Shown here piece after piece: positions 52,564-63,155 of a DNA stretch of 64,000 nt. Under the pieces are notes generated by a model. It was given only the letters and a program-made list of their open reading frames with translations. It was not told the origin of the DNA and did not search any database. Both the position numbers and the translations under genes were made by a program. This DNA is from Schmidtea nova (lineage: Eukaryota): contig CM097883.1 of the NCBI GenBank assembly GCA_044892505.1, positions 186,062,001-186,126,000 of the forward strand. Direction: 5' to 3'. The first letter of the stretch is position 1, and every line of letters begins with the position of its first letter.

Positions 52564-52844
52564 TGTGGTGGGGGTTTTATTTTATCCGGCGGGTATGTCG
52601 GAGTTCGTGGGAAAAGTTGGAAATTGCTCATAATAGCGATATAGATTATGAACAACTGATAATCAAGTCTGTAGATGAATTGGATACTTTAATCAATAAT
52701 CACTTTTTGTAATTTAGTTTTTTTAAAAATATAAATTTTAAATTTTGAAAGATTTGTTTATTATACAACTTGGAATTCATTTTTTTGACAATAAATTTTA
52801 TCTATAAGTTTTCAGAAACAAATTAGTTTGGAATTTTTAATAAC

Positions 52845-53180
52845 ATGGCTAGTAACCTAGAAAATGGTATCAATGTAATTACTGATCAGATGGGAAATCT
52901 TGATGTAAACTCAAATGAAAATATCAATACAAATCAAAGCTCTAATATGACATCGGATTTTAATCTTTTGAGGCGGAATAAGTATCTAGAAAATATGGTC
53001 ACGATGAATTCATATAACTGTGATAAATTACTTTTATCTCGAAAGTTGCCTATTTACCTGCTCAGCAGTTATCTGATAATCAAATCAATTCGTGGTATAA
53101 AACCACCAAAATGGTGTCAGAAAACGAGCCTGCACCATTATCATCTGGGTCATTCGCAGTGCCGGTCTCTTCGACAATGA
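52845..53180 (+). CDS. Upstream ORF, possibly the frameshifted N-terminus of the chimeric ORF
   Basis: One extra A at 53025-53027 would join MASNLEN...NCDK to the open frame [14 protein letters not shown]...MVSENE. Confidence 0.35.
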   Translation: MASNLENGINVITDQMGNLDVNSNENINTNQSSNMTSDFNLLRRNKYLENMVTMNSYNCDKLLLSRKLPIYLLSSYLIIKSIRGIKPPKWCQKTSLHHYHLGHSQCRSLRQ

Positions 53181-55222
53181 ATTCCGGCCAATCGTCAAAT
53201 CCAATCGCAACTCCTTTAACAAATAACATCAGCCAATTAAATATGCTCCGTGCTCCTTCGAGTTCTCAGTTCAAATTCAGAGCCAGTAGCAACCCATCCA
53301 ATAATATGTTCAGTGCTACTCTTGCCGGCAGTGCTCAGCAACAGCCGCCTGTGGCAGCTGAACCGTTCTTATTCAATTTCGGGAGCAATCAACCGGTTTT
53401 CCAATTCGGGGGCAGTGTAAATGCACCTAATGCACATCTAGCGTTTGCAGCTGCGTGCATTTTTCAAGCACAAGGTGACATTTGGCTCGCAATTCATCAC
53501 TTGGAAAAGGCCGTCACTCTCGAGCCTAATTTCTTAAATGCTTATGTCAATCTTGGGCACGTCTTCAGAGAAGCAAGGATATTCGATCGTGCCGTTGCAG
53601 CTTACATTAAAGCATTAACTTTGGATCCTGATAATCCTATTTTACACGAGAATCTTGCTTTTGTTTATTATGAACATGGTCTCTATGACCAGGCTATTGA
53701 CAGTTATCTCAAAATCATCGACTTACAACCTAATTTTCCTGATGCATTCTACAATCTAACCAAGGCAATGAAAGAAAAAGATTCTCTTAACAATTTGGCC
53801 AATCTTAAACGGGAACAAGGGCTCAATGAGAAGGTAACGAATATCTATAAAAAAGCATCGAAGATTTATGCAGAATTTATCGTTTCCCATTCCAACCTGG
53901 CTAGTATGTTGAAATTGCAAGGCCATTTACAAAGCGCTCTAAATCATTATCGAGAAGCCATTAAAATATCACCAAACTTTGCCGATGCATACTCAAATAT
54001 GGGTAACACTTTCAAGGAACTACAAGATTTACCGAATGCTGTACAATTTTATCAACGTGCTATTCAAATCAAGCCAACCTTTGCTGATGCTCATTCAAAT
54101 TTGGCAAGTGTATACAAAGATACGGGTAATATCAATGAAGCAATCGGGTCCTATACCACAGCGTTGAAAATCAAGCCAAATTATCCGGAAGCGTTTTGCA
54201 ATCTTACTCATTGTCTTCAAATAGTTTGTGATTGGGCGGATTATGATACACGAATGGAGAAACTTGTCACTATCATTCACGAACAATTGGAATATAAACG
54301 TTTTCCATCTGTCCCCCCTCACCACACAATGCTCTATCCACTCACTCCAATGGAACGCAAGGGTATTGCCGAGAGGCATGCTAAATTGTGTGTCGATAAA
54401 GTGATTCCATTACATAAATATAAATATAAATTCGTCAAGCAATTATTTCACGGTGAGCGATTAAAAATAGGATATGTCAGTTCTGATTTCTGTAACCATC
54501 CCACAAGTCATTTGATGCAAAGCATTCCTGGAATGCATGAAAAATCCAGTTATGAAATATTCTGCTATTCCCTAACATCTGATGATGGAACATCGTTTCG
54601 CCAGAAAATTGCATACGAGACTGAGCATTTTGTTGACCTGACTGCGATACCGAATAATGGTGATGCTGCAGATAGAATTCCCCAAGATCGCATTCATATC
54701 CTTATTAACATGAATGGATACACAAAGGGCGCTCGAAATGAAATATTTCCACTCATTCCAAGGCAACTCGATCACGCAAGTCTTTTTAAAAATTTTATTT
54801 TTAACTTATGTCTGCCCGTTTTTGGACAGTTTAATATTCCCGCCATGTCTAGCCGCGCGGGGGGTATCGGCGCCTCGGAGCCCACAGTTTATATAAACAC
54901 ACCTTTCTCTCTTTTTGTTGCCGTGGGGGGCAAAAACTATCACATCCTTCTTGCTGCTACCTCTACTGTAAGGGATTTAAGGGACACTTTACGCAACCTC
55001 ACCCCATTTAGTGCCCATTGTCAATTATACTTTAGCGGACATCGTTTAGATGACCAAGATTTATTGTCCACCCACAAAATTACCCACAATAGCGTGATAC
55101 AGGGTTATTTTCCTTTCCTCGGTGGCGCCTCAGACTCCGAGAGCGATCACCAGGAAAATGACCAGGCTGACCAAAGGAAAGGCAGCACTAGCGCGAAACC
55201 ATCTAAACAGAGGTCCACCTAA
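53111..55222 (+). CDS. OGT: Chimeric ORF: FxFG-rich region + truncated O-GlcNAc transferase (53456-54748) + linker + ubiquitin-like domain (~54905-55126)
   Basis: [15 protein letters not shown]..., [69 protein letters not shown], then Ubl ending [10 protein letters not shown]...FLGG. Confidence 0.95.
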   Translation: MVSENEPAPLSSGSFAVPVSSTMNSGQSSNPIATPLTNNISQLNMLRAPSSSQFKFRASSNPSNNMFSATLAGSAQQQPPVAAEPFLFNFGSNQPVFQFGGSVNAPNAHLAFAAACIFQAQGDIWLAIHHLEKAVTLEPNFLNAYVNLGHVFREARIFDRAVAAYIKALTLDPDNPILHENLAFVYYEHGLYDQAIDSYLKIIDLQPNFPDAFYNLTKAMKEKDSLNNLANLKREQGLNEKVTNIYKKASKIYAEFIVSHSNLASMLKLQGHLQSALNHYREAIKISPNFADAYSNMGNTFKELQDLPNAVQFYQRAIQIKPTFADAHSNLASVYKDTGNINEAIGSYTTALKIKPNYPEAFCNLTHCLQIVCDWADYDTRMEKLVTIIHEQLEYKRFPSVPPHHTMLYPLTPMERKGIAERHAKLCVDKVIPLHKYKYKFVKQLFHGERLKIGYVSSDFCNHPTSHLMQSIPGMHEKSSYEIFCYSLTSDDGTSFRQKIAYETEHFVDLTAIPNNGDAADRIPQDRIHILINMNGYTKGARNEIFPLIPRQLDHASLFKNFIFNLCLPVFGQFNIPAMSSRAGGIGASEPTVYINTPFSLFVAVGGKNYHILLAATSTVRDLRDTLRNLTPFSAHCQLYFSGHRLDDQDLLSTHKITHNSVIQGYFPFLGGASDSESDHQENDQADQRKGSTSAKPSKQRST

Positions 55223-56137
55223 CTATGTCAGTATTTTCTAGACGAAAATAACTCCCCACTGACATGGTTAATATCTACCGAGCTCGCACTCGAGGGCATA
55301 GGGGTTACATTATCTCGAGACAAATACTGTCGTATTTTACCATTAATCCCACCTAACATACTTAGTAAGTTGTCTGCAGTGATTCTCCGCACTTCCTCAC
55401 CTTCTTTCAAAAAACCTTACGAGGAATTAAAAACTGCGTTCCTCGACATTTTTAAAGAACCAACTGCTGCAGTTTTTACCAAATATTTCAAAACCCAAAC
55501 TTTGGGAAATAAAAAACCATCCCAGTTTCTTCAGCATGCTATTGCTGAATTAGAGCAAATGCACTCGGGTGCAGCAGCTGACAAGAATTTGTTGCGGCAG
55601 TTCTTTCTTTCGGCTTTGCCACCACATGCTCAACAAATTCTTGCTCTTTCCTCCACTGAAGACGTTGTCGAGCTAGCAAAAATGGCCGACAAGATAAACG
55701 AAGTAGTTCCTCTTGGTGCACAATCTGCATACGCGATCCAGGCAGATCACCAACCTACCGTGATGGCTTCTCCTTCATCAATTAAACCCTCTACGGAAGA
55801 AGCCTTAATAGCAGCCATCACCGGGCTTACTAAAAGGATAACAGAACTCGAGAGCTCGATGTCTTCTAGAAAACCTCGGGATGTAGCACCAAATTATAAT
55901 CGTAGACGCTCACCCTCACGCTCTTCTTCTAATAATAGAAATTTGTGTCGTTTTCATCACAAATTCGGAAATAAGGCAAGATTCTGCCATTTAGGATGTA
56001 GTTGGCGCGATAAGTCAACATCTTGCCAAATCCTTGATAAATGCATTTATCACGACAGGTTCGGCGATAAAGCTTTCAAATGTATACAAGGTTGTGTCAA
56101 GCATAAGACACAACAAACTGACACACAAAAAAACTAA
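55223..56137 (+). CDS. gag: Gag capsid and twin CHCC knuckles, same frame as the Ubl ORF beyond one stop
   Basis: Frame open from 55223: SPLTWL..E.AL...KY..IL..IP...PYEELK...LGNKKPSQFL...FFLSALP; CRFHHKFGNKARFCHLGC and CIYHDRFGDKAFKCIQGC. Confidence 0.88.
   Translation, partial: LCQYFLDENNSPLTWLISTELALEGIGVTLSRDKYCRILPLIPPNILSKLSAVILRTSSPSFKKPYEELKTAFLDIFKEPTAAVFTKYFKTQTLGNKKPSQFLQHAIAELEQMHSGAAADKNLLRQFFLSALPPHAQQILALSSTEDVVELAKMADKINEVVPLGAQSAYAIQADHQPTVMASPSSIKPSTEEALIAAITGLTKRITELESSMSSRKPRDVAPNYNRRRSPSRSSSNNRNLCRFHHKFGNKARFCHLGCSWRDKSTSCQILDKCIYHDRFGDKAFKCIQGCVKHKTQQTDTQKN
56128..56134 (+). promoter_or_regulatory. -1 frameshift slippery site A AAA AAC at gag stop
   Basis: In gag frame immediately before TAA; -1 frame reads K-L-I-M into pol ATG 56140. 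Confidence 0.7.
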
Positions 56138-56139
56138 TC

Positions 56140-59100
56140 ATGCCATCACTTCTTGCGGCAGAAGTCGGTGGCAAACTCCCTCCAGCTTTAGACCTTTTCC
56201 TACTCGACGCAGAATCACCAGTCTTTAATCTAGATGGTAATTCATCTAACAAATTACAATTTTTGATCGACACTGGCTCCAGTCTTTCGATCCTTCCAAA
56301 GGAATACTTTTCGAAATGTGACTCTACCGTTATTTCTCTTAAAGCCGCAAACGGTAGCGTCGTTAACACATTAGGTTCGAGGCAAATTTCTTTCAAATTG
56401 CCATCTTTGTCTGATCAAATATTTCTTTGGAATTTCTGCGTTGCCGACGTTGTGGTACCTATTTTAGGCTCAGACTTTTTGAGCGCAAATAGCCTGCTAG
56501 TGGACTGTCGTTCCCGTATCCTGAGAACACAAAACCACTCAGTATCTGCTCTTAATCATCGCATATCATTTGACTCGCCAAAAATCAATCACAGCACTAC
56601 TAACATATCTTCAGCTGTTATTCATCCGCAGATCGCGATCGACATTATAAATAAATACCTTAAAGATCCAAAAGACTCACAAACTTCAGCACCGTACTTT
56701 CATTCCATAGAAATAACTTCTGCACTTCCTATCCGCTGTAAGCTGAGACCTTTATCCAACGAAAAACTAGACTTCATCCGTTCGGAACTTTCCTCTTTAC
56801 TAAATAAAGGTACTATTCGGAGATCTAAATCTCCATGGTCTTCACCTCTGCATCTAGTCCCAAAGAAAGACGGCACTTTCCGTCCTTGTGGAGACTATCG
56901 AAATCTTAACGCCATCACCGTACATGATTCTTACAGCATGCCATTAGTCGGTGATATTCTTCACCGTTTGACAGGTGCTAAAATCTTTTCAACAATCGAT
57001 CTGGTTAAGGCATATCATCAAATTCCTATGAGAGAATCTGACATCGAGAAAACAGCCGTATTGACTCCAATCGGCCTGTTTGAATGCGTCTGGATGCCAT
57101 TTGGCCTTCGTAACTCTGCGCAGACGTTTCAAAGATACATTGACCAAGTTCTGATGGATTTGCCTTTCGCAATTCCATATATCGACGACATTCTCATAGG
57201 ATCTACCGACACAGAAACACACAAATTGCATTTAGATATGACCTTAAAAGCACTACATAAAAATAGACTTAAAATAAACACCGAAAAATGCATTTTCTTT
57301 CAGCATGAAGTCCGTTTCTTAGGTCATTTAATTTCTGAAAATGGAATTCGACCTCCTACAGATAGACTTGATACGATTTCTAATTTCCCACTTCCGAAAA
57401 CTGTATCTCAGTTAAGGAGTTTCCTTGGAACAATTAATTATTGTCATCGTTTCATCCCAAGGGTCTCTGATATCTTATCACCTCTGTCTGGTTTAGTTTC
57501 TAGACCAAAGAAATCCCTCGTTGTATGGAATGATGTTGCTTTACAATCATTCGAAAACGCGAAACTAGCTCTTGCTAGCATTCAAAGCCTTCACTTTCCT
57601 AAAGGAAATTTACCTTTAAACTTGACTACTGACGCCTCTAACGTAGCTATTGGCGCAGTTTTACACCAAATAAATAATAAAGTTTCCGAACCTTTAGAGT
57701 TCTATTCCAAAAAATTATCCTCTGCCCAACAGAAATATTCCGCTTTTGATCGAGAACTTCTTGGTATTTTTCTCTCGATCAAACACTTCAAACACTTGCT
57801 TGAAGGTGGATCTTTTACAATTTTCACTGACCACAAGCCTTTAACTTATCTTTTCAAAATGAAAGACCCATCTCCTCGACAGCAGAGACAAATCAGCTTT
57901 ATCTCCGAATTTTCTTGCGAGATACGCCACATTGCAGGCAAAGAAAACGTCATTGCTGACTGTTTTTCACGTAGCACTAATGCTATTCTTCACGACCCAA
58001 TGTTCTCATCGAACGATCTTCGTGAAAAACCACCTTCAGCCAAACACAGCCTCTTTCGGCGATAACCATGAAATCGTTGATGGAATTCACTTTGATACAT
58101 CTTTATCAGGTGTTTTACGACCAATTTTACACGATTCTTTACGCAAACTAGCCTTCCATTCCGCACACGACTTGCATCATCCAGGTTCTTCCGCCACTTT
58201 CAATCTTTTGCATTCGCAAGTTATTTGGCCAGCCATGAGGCATGATGTGAAACTTTGGGTAAGTCAGTGTATTGGTTGCCAACAACACAAAATAACCAGA
58301 CACACCAAACCACCTATTATCCATTATCCAACTGGGAATAGGTTTGAAATCCTTCATATTGACTTAGTCGGTCCTTTACCCGTTGATCATGGTTTTTCTT
58401 ATTTGCTAACCATGATTGATCGCAAAACACGCTGGTTCGAGGTAATTCCTGTGAAAAGCATATCTGCTGAAATCGTAGCAAATGCAATTCTTCAAAACTG
58501 GATAGCCAGATATGGCGTTCCTAAGTCCATAATCACCGACAGAGGAACCCAGTTTGAATCTCAGTTATTCCAACATTTAACTTCGAAACTAGGAATTCAA
58601 CATCTCCGATCTACCACATACCATCCTCAAACTAATGGCATGATCGAGAGATTTCATCGAACCTTAAAAACCTCGTTAGGAATTCTTTCCAATAACTTAA
58701 ACTGGACCAAAGCTTTACCTTTTGTTCTTCTCGGTTGGCGCAATACACCTTCCAGAACAACTGGAACATCTCCGTCACAGTTGTTGTTTGGATCTGCAAC
58801 TTCTTTACCGAGCGAACTAATCGATTTTGACAACACTCCTACTTTGGAAGAGTTAGACATTGCTAGAGATCACTTTCTCTCGATTGATAGCAACCCACAG
58901 TTTTCTTCTTCGACATCTTACACACCGTATGTTCCGAAAACCTTAAAGGACGCAAAACATGTATATGTCCGTAATGTAACCGATTCCAGTCTTAGAACAA
59001 AATATTCTGGACCTTATGAACTCATCGACATAACAGACAACAACGCACATATAGTCGTTAAAGGCATCACACAAACTATAAATTTATGTCGACTTAAACC

Positions 59101-59494
59101 TGCCTTCGTAATGTCTGACGATGTGATTGAAAAAGAAATTAAACCAAATTTAGATAAAACTCCAACAGAATTTAACACCATAGAACCAGAATCTGATATC
59201 AATAAAAACTTACCCGATTCCAACGAAATTGCGCGTACTTTTGTCACAAATTATAAAACAACTAGTGAAAACAATAACTTGGACATACCGCAAACTTCCG
59301 TTGTAGTAACACCAGATATACCACAACCTACTTCAATTCTCGCAAAACCTGACAAAAAGCGAATTCCGGGTAGAGTAACACATTGCGATAAAATTTGGGT
59401 ACGTAAAGTCGGACAAGACCCATCTACACCTGCACGACTTGCCCGAGTTTATTCCAACGACAATTTGACTCATCTGATGCTGAAATTTACATAG
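56140..59494 (+). CDS. pol: Pol (PR, RT, RNase H, integrase) with a +1 A at 58025-58029
   Basis: FLIDTGSS, PYIDDILI, TTDASNVAIG, TDHKPL, HHPG..C..C, HIDLVGP, ITDRGTQF, GMIERFH; removing one A restores DLRENHLQP. Confidence 0.95.
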
Positions 59495-59726
59495 TCTTTA
59501 TTGTTGCATTAACTTTCTTAAGACCGATATTTCCTTTAAACTTCATCTAATAAACATCATTCTATTATATTGTTTTCTTTTGGTATTTTCTTCAATACGA
59601 AATTAAACTTCTAACTAATATATTTTCTCTAAATTATTTTCCCAGAAAATCATTACCTAACTCCGTTAAACTACGACTTCACTACATTTCAATCACCTTA
59701 TTGTGGGTGGTTGAATAGCAAAATCC

Positions 59727-59988
59727 ATATAGCAGAATCCACTTTGACACAATTAAAAATTTTATTAGGTAATCGGAAAAAACGATTGCGCAACGAATTT
59801 CCAAAAAATACAAAGTATTACATAACACTAAAGTGTTATATAATTTTAGTAAATCCCCTTAAAAATTTTCTTGAGAGGGAATTCCGTGGCTTTTTGATGG
59901 GTCAGGGGTAAATGACTTGAAATATGACTGTGCTGTACCCTTCCTAAATCAGTACAAACATGTACTTCACATAAAAGCTAAATGTTAT
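59727..59988 (+). repeat. Right direct repeat (putative 3' LTR)
   Basis: Copy of 52304-52563; preceded by G-rich tgtgggtgg (degenerate PPT) and a 14-bp duplication of atagca(a/g)aatcca. Confidence 0.75.
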
Positions 59989-60339
59989 AATTTAAATTAA
60001 ATTAAATCTTCATTCAATAAAATTAATTTAAAATCATAAATTCAGTCTGGTCTTAGAGCATTTGAGTTGGACTCCGGATAGGATCGAGTTTGTTATTTGC
60101 TAATGATGAGACAAATAAACTCGTAAAATGTTTGCCATTAAAAATCTCATTGAATACCATATTAAAACTTTATTTTAAATAGTCACTGATCCGAAAACTT
60201 TAATTTAATTTGATTGAATAATAATAATTATTTATCAAATTCTTTTCCAATTATCAACTTTTTTTTAAAAAACAAAAGATTTAATTTTATTGTGAATTTA
60301 TTTTATTCTAGCTCATTGAAGTTTTCCTAAATATTTCCA

Positions 60340-60662
60340 CTAAAATAATGCATTTAATGAGTTAATATAAAGTTTTTCAAATTTGGAAAATTGCATCATA
60401 AAATGTAATAAATGAAATATATTTACTAACATGACTTGATTGAGTGAAATATTTCCTGAACTCGTACCGTATGGACTGATAAGCTTATTGCTCTCGATTG
60501 TATGGACAGATGATACAAGCTTCGAACGTGGAGAATGTGATGACGCAATTTCATTATTGTTTGTGAATTCATCATAGCCGTCGTCCTCCAACCTCGACGT
60601 CAATTCATCATCAGTGTCAACGTTTTTATAAACCTCTTCATCCTCAATTTGCATTTTCAGAA
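60340..60662 (-). CDS. Acidic low-complexity ORF/exon, unassigned
   Basis: MQIEDEEVYKNVDTDDELTSRLEDDGYDEF...; acceptor-like ttag upstream; no recognisable domain. Confidence 0.3.
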
Positions 60663-60921
60663 CTAATTCATTAATTCAATTAATTAATGATATGATATTA
60701 TTACTATTATTTTTATATTTAACAATTATTGATGTAATATTTAAAAATTATAAACCTTTATATATTTAGCAAAATATTATTACAAAATATGAGAAAAATA
60801 ATTTTAAAAAAATAAATAAATAATCTGTTTTAGTATTTCTAATCATAGAAAGGGAATTGTTTTTAATATATTTGTAAAAATATTTATTTTTACCATTGAT
60901 CTTTATTCAATTATTTGCATA

Positions 60922-61560
60922 CTAGTTCGTGGCCCAACGCATCATAGCGGCTAAATACACCTGTTATATGATTTTTAATGACTCTAGACTACAAAAGGAA
61001 TAAAACATTTATACAAAATTTATCAAAATATTAAACCATCACAATTAATTAGTCCTCTGACTGCGTTTAATAAACTTTTCAAGACAAATTTTACTGTCGT
61101 TTTTTTAGCTCGCTTTATAACCACAGAACTTTACGTATGACCTAGAGTATCTTTTCCGTTTGAGTGTATGAAATTCTTATAAGATAAGGTAGCTTCTTAT
61201 TCAAGAAAACCACAACAATATAAACTGAAAGAATCGTATAAAATTGTCAATAATTTAAAATCAAAGTTTCTGTCAACAACGCAAAAATTTAATAAAATTT
61301 AAAATATTACATTGCAACCTGGGTGAGTATTGAGATGTGCGATCTTTAGCTCACAAAAATGTTATTCATCAAGGTGAGTAGTTAATCTGATATAGATTGA
61401 GTCAGGCTACAAGATGAAGCGTCATACTATTTGCTATGTCTCATGATCTTTGCTCTATAAAAGATTTTGACGAGTCATTGCTTGTGTTATAATATAAAAA
61501 CAAAGGCATTCCTTACCCTCTACAGCGCGAATCTAAGGTCTTCAGACAAATATCTTTAGT
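60922..61560 (-). mobile_element. Helitron 3' end with degenerate helicase motif
   Basis: GC hairpin then CTAG|T at 60925-60921; cat agc aaa tag tat gac gct tca tct tgt resembles decayed HGQLYVALSR at ~61410-61440. Confidence 0.5.
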
Positions 61561-63155
61561 GTTTTAGAATTAAGAAAATATTTAAGACTTCTATTTATCT
61601 AACCATCTATCTATCTATTTTTCACGTTGGGAAATCATTTACATATAAATTAATTAGAATAGGAGATTTTATTTGGTTTTAAATGAGACAAGTGATAAGG
61701 TGTTTTTATTTATTATTAAATGCAATAAAAAGGTTTTGTTTGGTTGTTTTCACGTTTGGCACGGAAATAAAAACAGAACTACTTTGACGTATCGTACAAA
61801 GTATTTAGATAATATATATTTATTATTTCAAATGCGCGTAATGTCGCGCGTAAATAAAATAATCGACTAACATTGTTATTTATCAATGATAAAACATTTT
61901 TATGAAATTGTCTTCTTATCTGGTGCGGTTCTAAGAAGCAGGACATCAAAAAAACATGCTACTACTTAGAGTCTTGATCAAAAATCGAAAAGGCGTAATA
62001 AAACACCATATTTTAAACAAATATAAACTTTGGCTTCTCATATAAAAAGCAGAAAAGAAAGAATTGTCCTGGTAGGAGCTTAAGTGAAACAGTTATGTAA
62101 AATTCAACAAAGAAAATTAAAGGTTGACAGAAAAAGTAAGAATGTTAAAAAAAATATAAAAAACATAAGAGAGGTGAGTGGTTATACCGAGAAACCAGAG
62201 CTCTTTGAACTGCAGGTTTCAACAAATAGGAAATAAGGTTATTGTACCACAAAAGAAGATAAACAAGGGATCTATCCAAGAAAAGTGAAATTACTAAAAA
62301 GAAAGTCCTAGTCACCGAAGGCTTTACTAAAGAAAGTAGTGAGGAAATTTCGAAAGCGGTAAACTTTATGAGTTTAAAACAGCTTTTAAGTAATAATGAC
62401 TATGAAAAGTCACCAGCCTCTAAAAGAGAGAAAACTAATTTTTTGCAGTGCACCCAATATCATGCTACAGGAACTTTAAAAGTACAGAAAGCTTCCAAAA
62501 GTGAATTTCCGATCAATTCCTACTAAAACTAATACAAAATGGAACTTAAGGGCATATTTTACTTGCTTTTGTTCTCGTACTTGAGGTTTGACAGACAACT
62601 GAAGTGGCATGTGATTTTATCAGTGGTTCATGGGATGACACCTGGTTCTTTGCTCCTTACTTCAATCTTTCAGACTTTGACAATGTATCAGAAGCTTTTA
62701 AAGACATTCAAAGGCTTTAAAGTCAATAAAAAAGTTTTGATCAACAGAGCCAACACCTATACAAACACTGAGTTCAAATATCTGTGCTGAACGGGCAATT
62801 AAAGTGATGGTGGACTTACTTCAATTCTGAAAATTCACTGAAAAATTGAACATTGAATTTCTTTGAACTAAATAAAAATATGCATGTTTTTCATTTGTCA
62901 CTCTAAATTATAAAATGGTGCAAATTTTACTATAAGAATTATATTTTTTCTCTTCGAGAAATATTTTGAATGGTGAACCTTTCTTAAGCAAAAGAAAAAT
63001 ACCCATATTTTCTTGATTTGTGCACAAAACTCAACAAAATATAAAATGAGGATAGAGATCTGTAATACATACATACATACATACATATATACATACATAC
63101 ATATGCATAAATTTACATATACTAAAACTACAACAACTATAATAGCACAACACTA

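Larger units (their letters stand above)
52304..59988 (+). mobile_element. CsRn1-type Ty3/gypsy LTR retrotransposon carrying a captured OGT fragment and Ubl-Gag
   Basis: ~260-bp direct repeats at both ends; internal order FG-rich/OGT-Ubl-Gag-PR-RT-RH-IN. Confidence 0.8.

Noticed and set aside
53111-55222. Intact host OGT gene
   Set aside because: Lacks TPR1-5 and everything after NEIF, has an internal deletion, and runs into a Ubl-Gag.
54749-60100. Simple insertion of an LTR element into a resident OGT gene
   Set aside because: No LTR at the 54748 junction and no OGT continuation (ALRPAP..WLGYPG) after 59988; the repeats enclose OGT too.
62000-62900. Degenerate transposase-like coding sequence (also ~22500-23150 and 31550-32250)
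   Set aside because: Coding-like composition but too decayed to assign by eye.
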